A DNA stretch of 64,000 nucleotides from an uncultured Lachnospira sp. (GTDB taxonomy: Bacteria > Bacillota > Clostridia > Lachnospirales > Lachnospiraceae): the NCBI GenBank assembly GCA_937902625.1, contig CALELX010000169.1, positions 1,829 to 65,828 on the forward strand. Direction: 5' to 3'. A program made the position numbers and the translations under genes. This document shows positions 40,089-50,723 of the stretch, one piece after another. The first letter of the stretch is position 1; each line of letters starts with the position of its first letter. Under the pieces are notes generated by a model, which saw nothing but the letters and a program-made list of their open reading frames with translations, was not told the origin of the DNA and did not search any database.

Positions 40089-40877
40089 CTAGACTTTTGC
40101 TGGTCTTACTTCTTTAAGACCGGCATAGTCAAGGAACTTACACAGCTCTATATCCCAGAAACGCCACTCGTGTCCTAGTTCGTCTATCTCATCATAAACG
40201 TAATTCTTATATACATTTTTATGTTCAAGAAAATAATCCCTTACAATATGATTCATATCAAGCCATGGGTCTTTGCCGCCACACGCATGGTATATATCCG
40301 GTATAAGTGCATTATCATCGGCTGCCAGCTTATCTGCAAGATATGTAAGACAGTAATCCGTCTTATGTATATCTCCATCTCCGAAAAGATTAATTCGTCC
40401 TTTAGCCTTAGCACTTCCATCGTTTACATACGCTGAATCTGCTTTATCTCCCGCTGAAAATGCTCCTACCTTGGAAAACTTCTTAGGATACTTAAGTACT
40501 GTATGAAGACAGCCATATCCACCATTGGAATATCCTGATACATAGTTATCCTCTCTTTTATCAGATATGCACTTAAACATATTCCATATTATGGACGGAA
40601 GTTCCTTTGCAACATAGCTTTCATACTTATTGCCTATATTCATATTTACAAAACACGATTCATCCACATTTGGCAGCACTGCCGCAAAATGCCTTTTCTC
40701 AACTGTATCAACAAGTGGTGTATGATACAGCCATTCTGTGTTATCACCACTTCCGCCGTGATACAGCCACACACACTTAAGCTGCTCACCCTCATCTATA
40801 TCGTCAGGGAGCACCACTGTCACATCCATTCCATGCCTTAACATAACTGAAAATACATTTATATTAATTACTGCCAT
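40089..40877 (-). CDS. Putative esterase (EstA/tributyrin-esterase-like alpha/beta hydrolase)
   Basis: LYHGGSG, GYSNGG, CGGKD, HEWRFWD. Confidence 0.88.
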   Translation of the reverse strand: MAVININVFSVMLRHGMDVTVVLPDDIDEGEQLKCVWLYHGGSGDNTEWLYHTPLVDTVEKRHFAAVLPNVDESCFVNMNIGNKYESYVAKELPSIIWNMFKCISDKREDNYVSGYSNGGYGCLHTVLKYPKKFSKVGAFSAGDKADSAYVNDGSAKAKGRINLFGDGDIHKTDYCLTYLADKLAADDNALIPDIYHACGGKDPWLDMNHIVRDYFLEHKNVYKNYVYDEIDELGHEWRFWDIELCKFLDYAGLKEVRPAKV

Positions 40878-41671
40878 AATGAGTCCTCCCCGCATATATA
40901 CTTAACAGTCTGTTCTATACAATAATCCCAGTATGTAAAGTTGTGTTCTCCGGGACTTTCCCTGTATACATTGTCTATGCCAGCTCTTGTAAGCGCTTCA
41001 CCAAACTGCCTGCTCATATGTATTCTTGGATCTTCTGTTCCACAGGCTATTATGTATTTCGTATGCATTTTTTCTTCATTATTAGCATTAACATTATCAT
41101 TATTAATATCTGCCTTGCTAATATTCATATGTTCTGCATATTTATCAACCAGTGTATACAGATCATATCCACTATCTATAAGCTGCTGCCTTGTTCCAAA
41201 CACTGGAAACATATCTATTCCCTGCGGTTTATCATAACGCTCAAGTATGTTAAGAAGTCCTGAATATGAAAAAACTGTATTATATGTATGTGGCTTCTTA
41301 AGTGCCGCATACACTGCGCCATATCCACCCATCGACATACCAGCTATGTATCTGTCCTCTGCTTTATGGCTTATATCAAACCATTTTTCACACTGGCTCA
41401 CAAGCTCCTCTGCTATATATGTATGATATTTTTTACCATACTCATTATTAATATAAAACCTGTTCTTACCAGACGGCATAACAACTGCTATATCTTTGTT
41501 ATTAACATAATCTGCTATACGTGTGTTAAGTACCCAGCTTGCATGATCTCCTCCAGCACCATGCAGAAGGTATAAAGTCTTATATCCACCTCTTCCCTGA
41601 GGCATAAGTACATCAAGCATAACAGGCATACCTAGTGCCTTTGATCTAAAATTCACTGTTAAATGTGCCAT
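40868..41671 (-). CDS. Putative esterase (EstA/tributyrin-esterase-like)
   Basis: YLLHG, GMSMGG, CGTED, HNFTYWD; start MAHLTV at 41671. Confidence 0.9.
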   Translation of the reverse strand: MAHLTVNFRSKALGMPVMLDVLMPQGRGGYKTLYLLHGAGGDHASWVLNTRIADYVNNKDIAVVMPSGKNRFYINNEYGKKYHTYIAEELVSQCEKWFDISHKAEDRYIAGMSMGGYGAVYAALKKPHTYNTVFSYSGLLNILERYDKPQGIDMFPVFGTRQQLIDSGYDLYTLVDKYAEHMNISKADINNDNVNANNEEKMHTKYIIACGTEDPRIHMSRQFGEALTRAGIDNVYRESPGEHNFTYWDYCIEQTVKYICGEDSLWQ

Positions 41672-41677
41672 AACAAT

Positions 41678-41740
41678 CTCCACTTCTGCGCACATTTTTT
41701 CGCATAACAGGTTTGTGTCAAGTGCGCAAAGACACAAATC
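41678..41740 (-). repeat. Structured leader repeat copy C (lacks stem 1), 5' of esterase
   Basis: GATTTGTGTC-TTTGCGCACTT-GACACAAAC ... ATGTGCGCAGAAGTGGAG-6nt-ATG. Confidence 0.85.
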
Positions 41741-41752
41741 TTCTTACATCAG

Positions 41753-42436
41753 CTATACTTCTTTAAAGTATTCTTTATAATTCTTTCTTATTGAGTCTAT
41801 GTTTTCTGTATAACGTGTGAGATGACGTCTTGATATTTCATATGCTTTATCCTTATCACGATTTTCAATCGCAGCTACCAGTTCTTCATGATCTGTTAGT
41901 ATACGTCCTATTTCCTCACATCTGAAGCTAAGAATAGTTGTCCTGTCAAAATGCGGTGATATATTATTGACAAGCTCATACCAGTAATTCTTGCCACACA
42001 TTCTGTACAGCTTTTCGTGAAATTCCTTATCAAGCTGAAATATTTTCTCTTCATCATTGCGTTTCATATACATCTGCCATAGTGCAACATTCTCCCATAA
42101 TACATCTATCTGTTCCTTTGTTAGAATATCACATGCCTGTCTTGCCAGCTCTGACTCAAGAACACTCCTTAACTCACGCACCTCATCGACTATATTGGTA
42201 TCAATAAGAGAGACATATGCACCTATCTTAGGTCTGATTTCTATAAGACGTGTCTGCGATAATTCGAGTTCTGCCTCCCTTACAGGATTCCTGCTCACAT
42301 CTAATTCCTTACTTATCTCATCAGCATCAAGCTGCTGACCTGGAATAAGATTCACATGAACTATATTATATACAAGCTGTCTTACTACATAATCTTTCGC
42401 TGACTCTTTTGGAGCTCTTGCATCTATCTTTAACAT
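41753..42436 (-). CDS. GntR family regulator (FCD domain)
   Basis: ELDVSRNPVREA wHTH; LDKEFH and DHEELVAAIENRD FCD motifs. Confidence 0.92.
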   Translation of the reverse strand: MLKIDARAPKESAKDYVVRQLVYNIVHVNLIPGQQLDADEISKELDVSRNPVREAELELSQTRLIEIRPKIGAYVSLIDTNIVDEVRELRSVLESELARQACDILTKEQIDVLWENVALWQMYMKRNDEEKIFQLDKEFHEKLYRMCGKNYWYELVNNISPHFDRTTILSFRCEEIGRILTDHEELVAAIENRDKDKAYEISRRHLTRYTENIDSIRKNYKEYFKEV

Positions 42437-42518
42437 ACTATATTAATCTCCTTTTATCCGTTTCTTTGCTGTGCATGTCCGGAAAAGCTGACACCTTTAT
42501 TTATCTGATATGTTATCA

Positions 42519-44165
42519 TTACTTACTTACAAACTCAACACCAAATTCCGTATAATAATCTTTCCTGTCTGCATCCTCCATATCATGAAGCGCTCCAAGT
42601 CTTCCATCATCAGAAAGTGTGTTAAGTGCCAGTCTTTCTTTAGAATACACTGATATCCTTACAGGCATAATATTTTCTTTTGTTTCATCTGTCCTGTATT
42701 CCACTACACACTCTCCCTGTTTACACACCGCTTCTTTTAAGACATTGCCGTTCACATCATAGAATACAACCTTAACTCCATTATCATCAGATATATTTTT
42801 TACATTAATTTTTACAGATACATTTTCACATTTATCAGGAAAATACTCTATAATCGCACGTTCACACGCATCACTATCGACAACCTCCCACAAAGAAGTG
42901 CCAGTTCTCTTAATACTTCCCCAAAGCGGCGACATAACTGAATACTTCTTATCAGTATCAGCAGCTGTTGCGCTGACTATCTTACTTATCCATATATCTT
43001 CTTTATTACAGCTATATGTTATCCACACATTTTTATCAAATGCATCATTATAGTCACATATTCCACGCATATACTGCGCACCAAGGTTCTTAATATGTCC
43101 CTCATATCTGTATGGCGGAAGCTCAGGAATGACAGCCTCCATATCATAAAACTCTCTTCCATCCTCACTCCTCATAGCTGCCAGCGGCCATCTGTGTGAA
43201 CTGTCTGTTGTCGGATTGTAACATATAATATAATCATCATCTGGTGTTTTCTGACCCCATACCTTGGCAGTGTTGGTGATAAGTGTAGGTATCTTTTCAT
43301 CCAGTACGATATTGCCTTCCTTATCAAATATATAGCCCTCGCCCTTCTTGCAGAGTCCTACTATGCTTCCGTCTCTGGCTGTGTAAAATGACAGCGCCCT
43401 GCCATGTACATAATGCTCCTTATCGTACATTTCCTCTTCGTACCACTGCTCAAGTATAAGCTTCTTAGACAACAGCTCACTGCAGGCACTTACAAAGCCA
43501 TCATCTGCCGCCTCATCATAATAAGGAATATTTACAGGACTATCATCTTCAGGCTTATAAAAATGCGTGGTATCTTTAGCAAAACCACCGGCAGTATTAT
43601 ATTTTATAACAAATATATCTGACAGCGTAAAATCCTTATATACTTCACGCACAAGCCTTGCCGCACCGAATCCGTTGTTAGGCGCACGGTGAAAGTCAGG
43701 TGAGAAACCGTAAAATGTAGTTGCTAACATTCTTCCGTTTGAAGCCTTATAGAAACACATTCTTGAATGTACAATCATCTTTGCATGCTCTGGCAGCAGC
43801 TCTTTGTCAGGACCTATATATGCTTTTGTGTCTGCAAGCATATATGGAAACATAGTCCTTTCCTTCTCCCATGTTATTCCATCTTTTGATGTTGTGTATA
43901 CAACCTCGTCCGGTGCGCCGTGTTCATCCTTTTTGCCACTTATATAAGATAATAACAGTCTGTTATTAAACCCTGTCAGCATAGGTGCGTGATTATATGT
44001 GTAATCGCCATCCGCCAGGCAGCTTCTTCTTACCTGATATGTATACACACCAGCCATATGAGGCAGCCCGCCGTCCTGTTTATTCATATCTATATCAGGA
44101 ACATTATGGCACTCGATAACGTGCTGTGTTTTTGGTTCTTCTGCTTTCTGTATATGCTCTTCCAT
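42519..44165 (-). CDS. GH143-like (BT1020 N-terminal domain-like) beta-propeller glycosidase, no signal peptide
   Basis: YNHAPML, DEH, TSKDG..W, HSRMCFY, PNNGFG..RLVRE, AKVWGQ, YNP..RWPL, QYMRGI, YSCNKEDIWISKI are collinear with motifs recalled from the Bacteroides BT1020 DHA-hydrolase domain. Confidence 0.7.
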   Translation of the reverse strand: MEEHIQKAEEPKTQHVIECHNVPDIDMNKQDGGLPHMAGVYTYQVRRSCLADGDYTYNHAPMLTGFNNRLLLSYISGKKDEHGAPDEVVYTTSKDGITWEKERTMFPYMLADTKAYIGPDKELLPEHAKMIVHSRMCFYKASNGRMLATTFYGFSPDFHRAPNNGFGAARLVREVYKDFTLSDIFVIKYNTAGGFAKDTTHFYKPEDDSPVNIPYYDEAADDGFVSACSELLSKKLILEQWYEEEMYDKEHYVHGRALSFYTARDGSIVGLCKKGEGYIFDKEGNIVLDEKIPTLITNTAKVWGQKTPDDDYIICYNPTTDSSHRWPLAAMRSEDGREFYDMEAVIPELPPYRYEGHIKNLGAQYMRGICDYNDAFDKNVWITYSCNKEDIWISKIVSATAADTDKKYSVMSPLWGSIKRTGTSLWEVVDSDACERAIIEYFPDKCENVSVKINVKNISDDNGVKVVFYDVNGNVLKEAVCKQGECVVEYRTDETKENIMPVRISVYSKERLALNTLSDDGRLGALHDMEDADRKDYYTEFGVEFVSK

Positions 44166-44171
44166 ATTAAT

Positions 44172-44260
44172 CCTCGTTTCCGTGCATGTTTTTTCACACA
44201 ACGAGTTTATCCCAATTATCACAGAAACAAACCCAGCATGTGAATAATTTATTTTAACAC
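44172..44260 (-). repeat. Structured leader repeat copy D, 5' of GH143-like gene
   Basis: Diverged; stem 2 TGGGTTTGTTTC/GGGATAAACTCG pairs fully using G-U; ends ACGGAAACGAGG-6nt-ATG. Confidence 0.75.
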
Positions 44261-44473
44261 TTTATTTCTGACACGAATAAATTATTATTGTGTATATTAT
44301 ATGTTAAACTTTTAACACAGCAATATCCATATAAAATATACTTCTTACAAGCGTATATTACAGAAAAATACATTATTTACTGCTGTTACTGCTGATGTTA
44401 CAGACTTTAGCAGCTTTTCATTATTTTAACCTATCTTGATTTATTAGTGTTTGAATCTTTAATTATCAATAAA

Positions 44474-44509
44474 AAACACCAACAGAAAATGAACCTTTCT
44501 GTTGATGTT
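44474..44509 (-). terminator. Intrinsic terminator after symporter gene
   Basis: AACACCAACAGAAA...TTTCTGTTGATGTT stem with T-tract on minus strand. Confidence 0.65.
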
Positions 44510-44570
44510 CTCATTATTATTATGATTTCCTGCCACAATATACAATATAATCAGCAAAATCAATAAAAAA

Positions 44571-45980
44571 TCACTTCGTCACTGCGCCCTCACCCGCAAA
44601 GTACTCCTTCACAAGCTTGACAACCACACCTGATAACAGGAATACTGCTATAAGGTTAGGTATTGCCATAAGTCCGTTAAATGTTTCTGCTATACCCCAC
44701 ATAAGACCTAAGTCCATAGTTGCGCCAACTACGGCAACAAGTGAGTATAACACCATAAATGGCTTGTCAGCCTTTGAGCCAAACAAAAACTCAATACATC
44801 TTGTTCCATATAATCCCCAGCCGATAATAGTTGAGAATGCGAAGCAGCACATAGCAACCGCTGTAAATATAGATACCCAGCCGCCATAAGTTGATGTAAA
44901 GCCGCTTATAGTAAGCTCTGCTCCTGCTGCACTTCCATAATTAACCGGAACTTCACTACAAAGAATAACCAGAGCTGTAAGTGTACATATAACTATTGTG
45001 TCAACAAACACCTCAAATATTCCAAAGAAGCCCTGCTTTACAGGCTTTCTTGTATCAGCACACGCATGGGCTATCGAACCTGTACCAAGTCCGGCTTCAT
45101 TAGAGAAGATACCTCTTGATACACCCTTCTTCATACTCATAAAGAAACTTCCTATTGCACCACCAGTAACAGATGCAGGATTAAATGCACCCTTGAATAT
45201 AGATGCAAATACTGCTGGAACATTTTTAGCATTAAGAAGAACAACACCTATAGCAAGAACTATGTATACAAGCGCCATAAATGGCACAAGCTTTTCTGTA
45301 ACCTGACCTATTCTCTTTATTCCGCCAATAAGGATAAGCGCGATTACTACTGCAAGTACTATGCCTATAATCAGATTAACTGTTGATACTGTTGAAGAAT
45401 TCTCGTCTGCAATAATATTCATATTGTAGAGTGCCGTATCTATAGCCGAAGTTATTGTATTAACCTGAGTTGCATTACCCGTTCCAAACACTGTAAGCAC
45501 ACCAAATGCTGAGAAAAGATACGCAAGCCAGTGCCAGTGCTTCTTAAGACCATTCTTAATATAATACATAGGACCGCCGACAAGCTCACCCTTATCATTC
45601 TTCTCCCTGAAATGCACCGCAAGAATAACTTCTGAAAACTTAGTACACATACCAAGCATGGCTGACACCCACATCCAGAACACAGCTCCCGGACCACCGA
45701 TAGCTATCGCTCCTGCAACACCAGCGATATTGCCGGTTCCAACTGTTGCAGCAAGTGCAGTACAGACTGCCTGGAATGGTGTAAGCGCACCATCTGATGC
45801 TTCTCTTTTACGGAATATTCTTCCTATTGTTACTTTCATGGCATAAGCGAACTTACGAATCTGTATAAAGCCCATTCTTATGCTTAAGTAAAGTCCTACG
45901 CCTATGATACATATCATAGCCGGAACTCCCCATATAAAATTATTTACTGCGTTGTTAATACTTTCTATTGTAGATAACAT
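44571..45980 (-). CDS. Alanine/glycine:cation symporter (AgcS family)
   Basis: ATVGTGNIAGVA, GGPGAVFWMW, GGPMYY, RGIFSNEAGLG. Confidence 0.95.
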   Translation of the reverse strand: MLSTIESINNAVNNFIWGVPAMICIIGVGLYLSIRMGFIQIRKFAYAMKVTIGRIFRKREASDGALTPFQAVCTALAATVGTGNIAGVAGAIAIGGPGAVFWMWVSAMLGMCTKFSEVILAVHFREKNDKGELVGGPMYYIKNGLKKHWHWLAYLFSAFGVLTVFGTGNATQVNTITSAIDTALYNMNIIADENSSTVSTVNLIIGIVLAVVIALILIGGIKRIGQVTEKLVPFMALVYIVLAIGVVLLNAKNVPAVFASIFKGAFNPASVTGGAIGSFFMSMKKGVSRGIFSNEAGLGTGSIAHACADTRKPVKQGFFGIFEVFVDTIVICTLTALVILCSEVPVNYGSAAGAELTISGFTSTYGGWVSIFTAVAMCCFAFSTIIGWGLYGTRCIEFLFGSKADKPFMVLYSLVAVVGATMDLGLMWGIAETFNGLMAIPNLIAVFLLSGVVVKLVKEYFAGEGAVTK

Positions 45981-46030
45981 AACCTATTTTTCATATATAT
46001 AATCATCAGTGAAAGCTGCCTATATATATA

Positions 46031-47914
46031 TTATATACTCTCCTTACCCATTAAATTAATATAATCTGCAATACCATATTTATCATTAACTGCATAGTCA
46101 TATCTGTAAGAATCTTCAAGTTCATCATTATATGACTGATAATCTGTTATACCTTTACCAGCATTAGGATGCTTAGATGAATATATCTGATCTGCAACAT
46201 AACACACTATAAGTACTAAACATACTGCTATGGCAATCTTCAGATTAAGCTTTCTATACAGATTATCCATAAGTGGTGCAACAAAATATACTATTGCGCA
46301 GCCTCCTATACCGAATATAAGAAGACCCTCTGCACATATTCTTCCATGAAGATTAAGAAAATATCCTGAATAATCCCACCACTTCATACCATTATGTGTC
46401 ATCTCAAGATGATATGCTGTAAAGTATTCAAGAAAACCACATAATACAACAGCTACAAGGAATTCTGCAACTGGATTCTTTCTAAGTCTTGTAAGTAACA
46501 CAAGAATTATAATTCCACCCATTCCGTATATAGGGAGCCATGGTCCATGCAGCACTCCCCTGTTAACAAACTCACCGTCTGACACAAGATGAAGTGATAC
46601 CTCCCATAACCATCCTATAAAGCAGAATGAAAAGAATAACAGAATAACTGAAGTCACACTATACAATCTCATATAATTGATATTGGCAACACGTGGATTC
46701 TTTAGCTTTTCAGGTATAGCTGAAAGTCTTGTTGGATATGCCTTTTTCTCAATTTCATTCCTGTATTTCTTAATAGTAAGCTTTCTCACCTGTGCATCCG
46801 CATATCTGTCGTTAATATCCTTAGAGAATAATGATATACCAAACCATTTGGCTATAAAACCCCTGAAGCCATGACTGACCTCTTCCGGCTCCTGCTCACC
46901 CTTACTGATAAGGTTGTTAATAACCGCATACTCTTTGTTAAGAAGTTCTTCAGGTGCATATTCGAAAAGATACTTATCATTCATAAACTCTGCACCAGGC
47001 ATGTTCACACTCTTTACATATCCTCTCAGATTATAATAAAACTCTGTATAGAACGCTGTTTTATATGCATTAGTAAAGAATAAATCTGTTAAACCAAGGG
47101 TAAAGTAACCTAACACATCCCAGCCTATGAATGTAATGTCAAACACAAAGCACTTCCACTTGTATCCATTCATCATCTTACGCGAAAGAGTTATCGCCTC
47201 CTTCGCATTGATATCAGGATTTTCTGCAACTATGTATGGAACCATTTTGTATGAATAACTCTTAATGATTCCTCCTATTATAGTAAGACTCCATAAGAAC
47301 TGGTATACAGACAATAAAAACATCGTACATGCAGCCTTACCCATCTTATTGGCTCTTATAAGATATAAGAATCTCTGCTTAGACACATTGTCATACGACT
47401 TTCCTTCCATAAATATACGTCTCATGACAACTTTATATGTATTCTTTATAAAGAACCAGAACAGAAACGTAACTGTAAGACTTCCGAAGATAAATATTAC
47501 TGCTGATGCATTAGCAGAACCTGTTATGGAACGTATAGCCATAACTGCCTGTGTCATAAACGAACCTGATGATACACCATTAACTACTGATGCAAGCACA
47601 CCTCTTCTCCTTCCAAGTGCCTTACCAAGTGCGGTATTCTCGTTTCTATCCGCCATCTTGTCATCATACTGCTGCTGTTTTTCTTCATATGAACTTATAA
47701 CTACATCATATAAGCTCTTTTCCTGTATAATAACACCTGAACTTATTTCACTATCCACACTGCTTTCTGTGCTGCTTTTCTGCCTGAATATATCAAGTGA
47801 TGATGCAAACTCGATTCCCATAACTGCTGCCAACAGACATGCAATTATATAGATAAGATAGTGCTTTTTCACTCGTGTCTTTGCGTGTGCTTTCATTTCT
47901 TTTCTTGTATCCAT
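46031..47914 (-). CDS. DUF975 membrane protein fused to a putative ABC-transporter permease-like (DUF1113-type) domain
   Basis: IIKSYSYKMVPYIVAENP...SRKMMNGYKWK; C-terminal GWLWE, NRGVLHGPWLPIYG, WWDYS..LNLHGRIC. Confidence 0.8.
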   Translation of the reverse strand: MDTRKEMKAHAKTRVKKHYLIYIIACLLAAVMGIEFASSLDIFRQKSSTESSVDSEISSGVIIQEKSLYDVVISSYEEKQQQYDDKMADRNENTALGKALGRRRGVLASVVNGVSSGSFMTQAVMAIRSITGSANASAVIFIFGSLTVTFLFWFFIKNTYKVVMRRIFMEGKSYDNVSKQRFLYLIRANKMGKAACTMFLLSVYQFLWSLTIIGGIIKSYSYKMVPYIVAENPDINAKEAITLSRKMMNGYKWKCFVFDITFIGWDVLGYFTLGLTDLFFTNAYKTAFYTEFYYNLRGYVKSVNMPGAEFMNDKYLFEYAPEELLNKEYAVINNLISKGEQEPEEVSHGFRGFIAKWFGISLFSKDINDRYADAQVRKLTIKKYRNEIEKKAYPTRLSAIPEKLKNPRVANINYMRLYSVTSVILLFFSFCFIGWLWEVSLHLVSDGEFVNRGVLHGPWLPIYGMGGIIILVLLTRLRKNPVAEFLVAVVLCGFLEYFTAYHLEMTHNGMKWWDYSGYFLNLHGRICAEGLLIFGIGGCAIVYFVAPLMDNLYRKLNLKIAIAVCLVLIVCYVADQIYSSKHPNAGKGITDYQSYNDELEDSYRYDYAVNDKYGIADYINLMGKESI

Positions 47915-48090
47915 ATGTTTCCCTTTCATCTTAAATCACTTAAATAATGAATATTTATCTTATAACATCTCAAGCTCTCATAAAATTCAGTATTCACATC
48001 ATTTTATTTTAAATGTAATTGAATATTAACTTTATAATATTAAGATATTAATGTCAAATATATTTTAAAGGTCAATGTCATGGTCAAATA

Positions 48091-49419
48091 TTAACTATTT
48101 TTAAGAACTGGCATACGATATATCTTAACTATAAGAGGTATTACCATGATAAACCAGACGATAGGTTCTGCAAGAATAACTCCTGTATATCCCATAACCG
48201 GTACAAGTGTTGCTGCTATTATTATCTTTCCTATCATCTCAAGTGAACTTGATACAAGCGGCGTTATATGCTCGCCAAGTCCCTGCATGGCATTTCTTAC
48301 TATGCAGATAACTGCTGTGACATAGTAAAACAGAGTATCAAACTTAAGATAATTCGTGGCATTTACAATAACTGTCTCATTACTGCTGCCTGTGACAAGG
48401 TAAACAAGCCAGCCGCCTATGGTATAGCTTGCTACAATAACAAGTGTGCACCATATGCATGTATACAATATAGACAGCCTGATTCCCTTCTTGACCCTGT
48501 CAACTCTTCCAGCACCTATATTTTGTCCGCAGTAAGTTGCCATAGTCTGTCCAAACACAGTAAACATTACCATAAACATCTCAGATATCTTACGTGCCGC
48601 CGTATGTGCAACTATTATATCCTGGCCAAGCTTGTTAATAGCAGTCTGTAACGTCAGTGAACCTATGTTGATAAGCGAACTCATAAAGCCCATTGACAAC
48701 CCACCACCAAGCATATTTTTAACCATAGTGCCTTCCATGTTTTTAAAGTCAGCTCCTGAAAGTCTTAATATATCATACTTTCTGACCATATAGAATGCAC
48801 ACACTATGAAAGCAATAAGCTGTGCAAGCACTGTTGCAATCGCAGCACCTCTTACACCTGCTTTAACTACAACGACAAAAAATATATCACCGGCAACATT
48901 AAGTGCAACAGATACGGCAAGTATAATAAGTGGTGTTATCGTATCTCCTATTGCACGAAGTACCGCTGCACACATATCATATAAAAACGTGGCAATAAGT
49001 CCGGCTATAATAACTGATATATAACTTGCAGACTCTCCAAACAATTCTTCCGGTATATTAAGAAACTTAAGTATAGGATGAAGAAATATAAGTCCAACAG
49101 CTGTTATGAAAAGTGCTGTAACCACACCAAGTATGATGGCCGTTGCAAACGATTTCTTAACTGCCCTTATATCCTTAGCCCCGAACTTCTGCGCCGTAAC
49201 TATTGCAAAACCGTTAGACAGTCCTAGAAGAAATCCTATAATAAGGTTACTAAGAGTTGTTGTTGCGCCAACTGCTGCAAGCATATTTTCTCCTAAGAAT
49301 GTTCCCACAATCCTTGTATCCACAATGCTATATGTAAGCTGAAGAAGATTAGCAAGAAATATAGGCAATGCAAATGTCAATATAAGAACTGATGGTTTCC
49401 CTTTTGTAAGATCTTTCAT
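48091..49419 (-). CDS. MATE family efflux transporter
   Basis: DLTKG, YSIVDTRIVG, LRAIGDT..PL, GVRGAAIAT; 12-TM pattern. Confidence 0.93.
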   Translation of the reverse strand: MKDLTKGKPSVLILTFALPIFLANLLQLTYSIVDTRIVGTFLGENMLAAVGATTTLSNLIIGFLLGLSNGFAIVTAQKFGAKDIRAVKKSFATAIILGVVTALFITAVGLIFLHPILKFLNIPEELFGESASYISVIIAGLIATFLYDMCAAVLRAIGDTITPLIILAVSVALNVAGDIFFVVVVKAGVRGAAIATVLAQLIAFIVCAFYMVRKYDILRLSGADFKNMEGTMVKNMLGGGLSMGFMSSLINIGSLTLQTAINKLGQDIIVAHTAARKISEMFMVMFTVFGQTMATYCGQNIGAGRVDRVKKGIRLSILYTCIWCTLVIVASYTIGGWLVYLVTGSSNETVIVNATNYLKFDTLFYYVTAVICIVRNAMQGLGEHITPLVSSSLEMIGKIIIAATLVPVMGYTGVILAEPIVWFIMVIPLIVKIYRMPVLKNS

Positions 49420-49517
49420 AAATCAATTATTCCTCACTTTAATTGTCAATATTATAAAGTAATTATTTATCATATTATATGGTATACAGATAATTAATGC
49501 CAATAATTTTAAACAAG

Positions 49518-50717
49518 CTATCCGGCGAAATTAATCCTGACACTCATAACTTCACTGTTAGTTCCAACTCTCACAGCTGGTCCATACAATCCTACACCAG
49601 ATGTAACAACACTGTACATGTTGTCTATCTTCTTTACGCCCCAGTAGTTTTCCCATGCCAGAGGCTGTGTTATAGTCAGTGGGAAAAACTGTCCTGCATG
49701 TGTATGACCACTTAGCATAACATCTACTCCCATAGCTGCCACTTCATGAAGCTTATCTGGCTCGTGATTGATTACAATCACCGGCTTTGATGTATCGCAC
49801 TCGTTAACAAGCTCTGATAATGGTTTTCTGTTACTTGTACCATCTCCTGCTTTCTCACCATCAAGTCTTCCTATAAGATTAATCTTTCCATCAGCTATTG
49901 TTATGACATCATCCAGCATTACATCAATGCCGGCTTCCCTAAGAAATGTTTCCATACGAGGATCTCTGAATGCTTTCGTACTTGAAGCTGTTGAAAAACC
50001 ACCTACAAGTGTTTCAGTAACATCATGGTTTCCAAAAACAGCATATGAACCATACTTTGCACTTACTCCTCTTATTATCTCCTCAAGCCGCTCAGGGTTA
50101 TCCAGCGCATCATAATCATTATCAAATATATCACCAGCATAAACAACAACGTCTGGATCAAGTGCATTGATTCTGTCAACCATCTTCTCCATATCATCGC
50201 AGCCAATACTGTATCCTAAATGAAGATCTGCTACAAGCACTACATTAAGACTGTCCATACCATCCACATGTTTGTCTATACTTATATTATAACTCTTTGT
50301 TGTCATCTGTCTTGCATGTATCGTTCCATATACAGTAAAACCGATACTTGCAGCTACAATCGATATTCCTATTATCAACGCGCCATATAACTTACGAAGA
50401 ATCGGAACATTTTTCTTCTTATCAACAACCTTAAGAATAAGAACGATAATATCTCCTATTATCATAAAGAATAACAGGTATATAAATAAACCAAGCCACA
50501 CATTACTTATTCTGTGTATCACCACCTGTATGTCGCTTCTTGGTAGAAACACTCCTAAAAATATCGTTGAAGCAAATATACAGTATAATCCTATCCACAC
50601 TGCCTGCATACGCTTATGTTTAAACAATGGTATAACTATCTTATACCAGTGTATCATTCTCCATAGCATGTATACGCTAAGAATAATGTATACAAACAAC
50701 ATTAACCACTTAAGCAT
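49518..50717 (-). CDS. Membrane-bound metallophosphoesterase (YkuE-like)
   Basis: ADLHLG, GDIFD, GNHD, HEP, SGHTHAGQ; four N-terminal TMs; start MLKWL at 50717. Confidence 0.9.
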   Translation of the reverse strand: MLKWLMLFVYIILSVYMLWRMIHWYKIVIPLFKHKRMQAVWIGLYCIFASTIFLGVFLPRSDIQVVIHRISNVWLGLFIYLLFFMIIGDIIVLILKVVDKKKNVPILRKLYGALIIGISIVAASIGFTVYGTIHARQMTTKSYNISIDKHVDGMDSLNVVLVADLHLGYSIGCDDMEKMVDRINALDPDVVVYAGDIFDNDYDALDNPERLEEIIRGVSAKYGSYAVFGNHDVTETLVGGFSTASSTKAFRDPRMETFLREAGIDVMLDDVITIADGKINLIGRLDGEKAGDGTSNRKPLSELVNECDTSKPVIVINHEPDKLHEVAAMGVDVMLSGHTHAGQFFPLTITQPLAWENYWGVKKIDNMYSVVTSGVGLYGPAVRVGTNSEVMSVRINFAG

Positions 50718-50723
50718 AATATT

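Noticed and set aside
45981..46030. Glycine riboswitch upstream of the alanine/glycine symporter
   Set aside because: Only 50 bp of intergenic space and no aptamer motifs.
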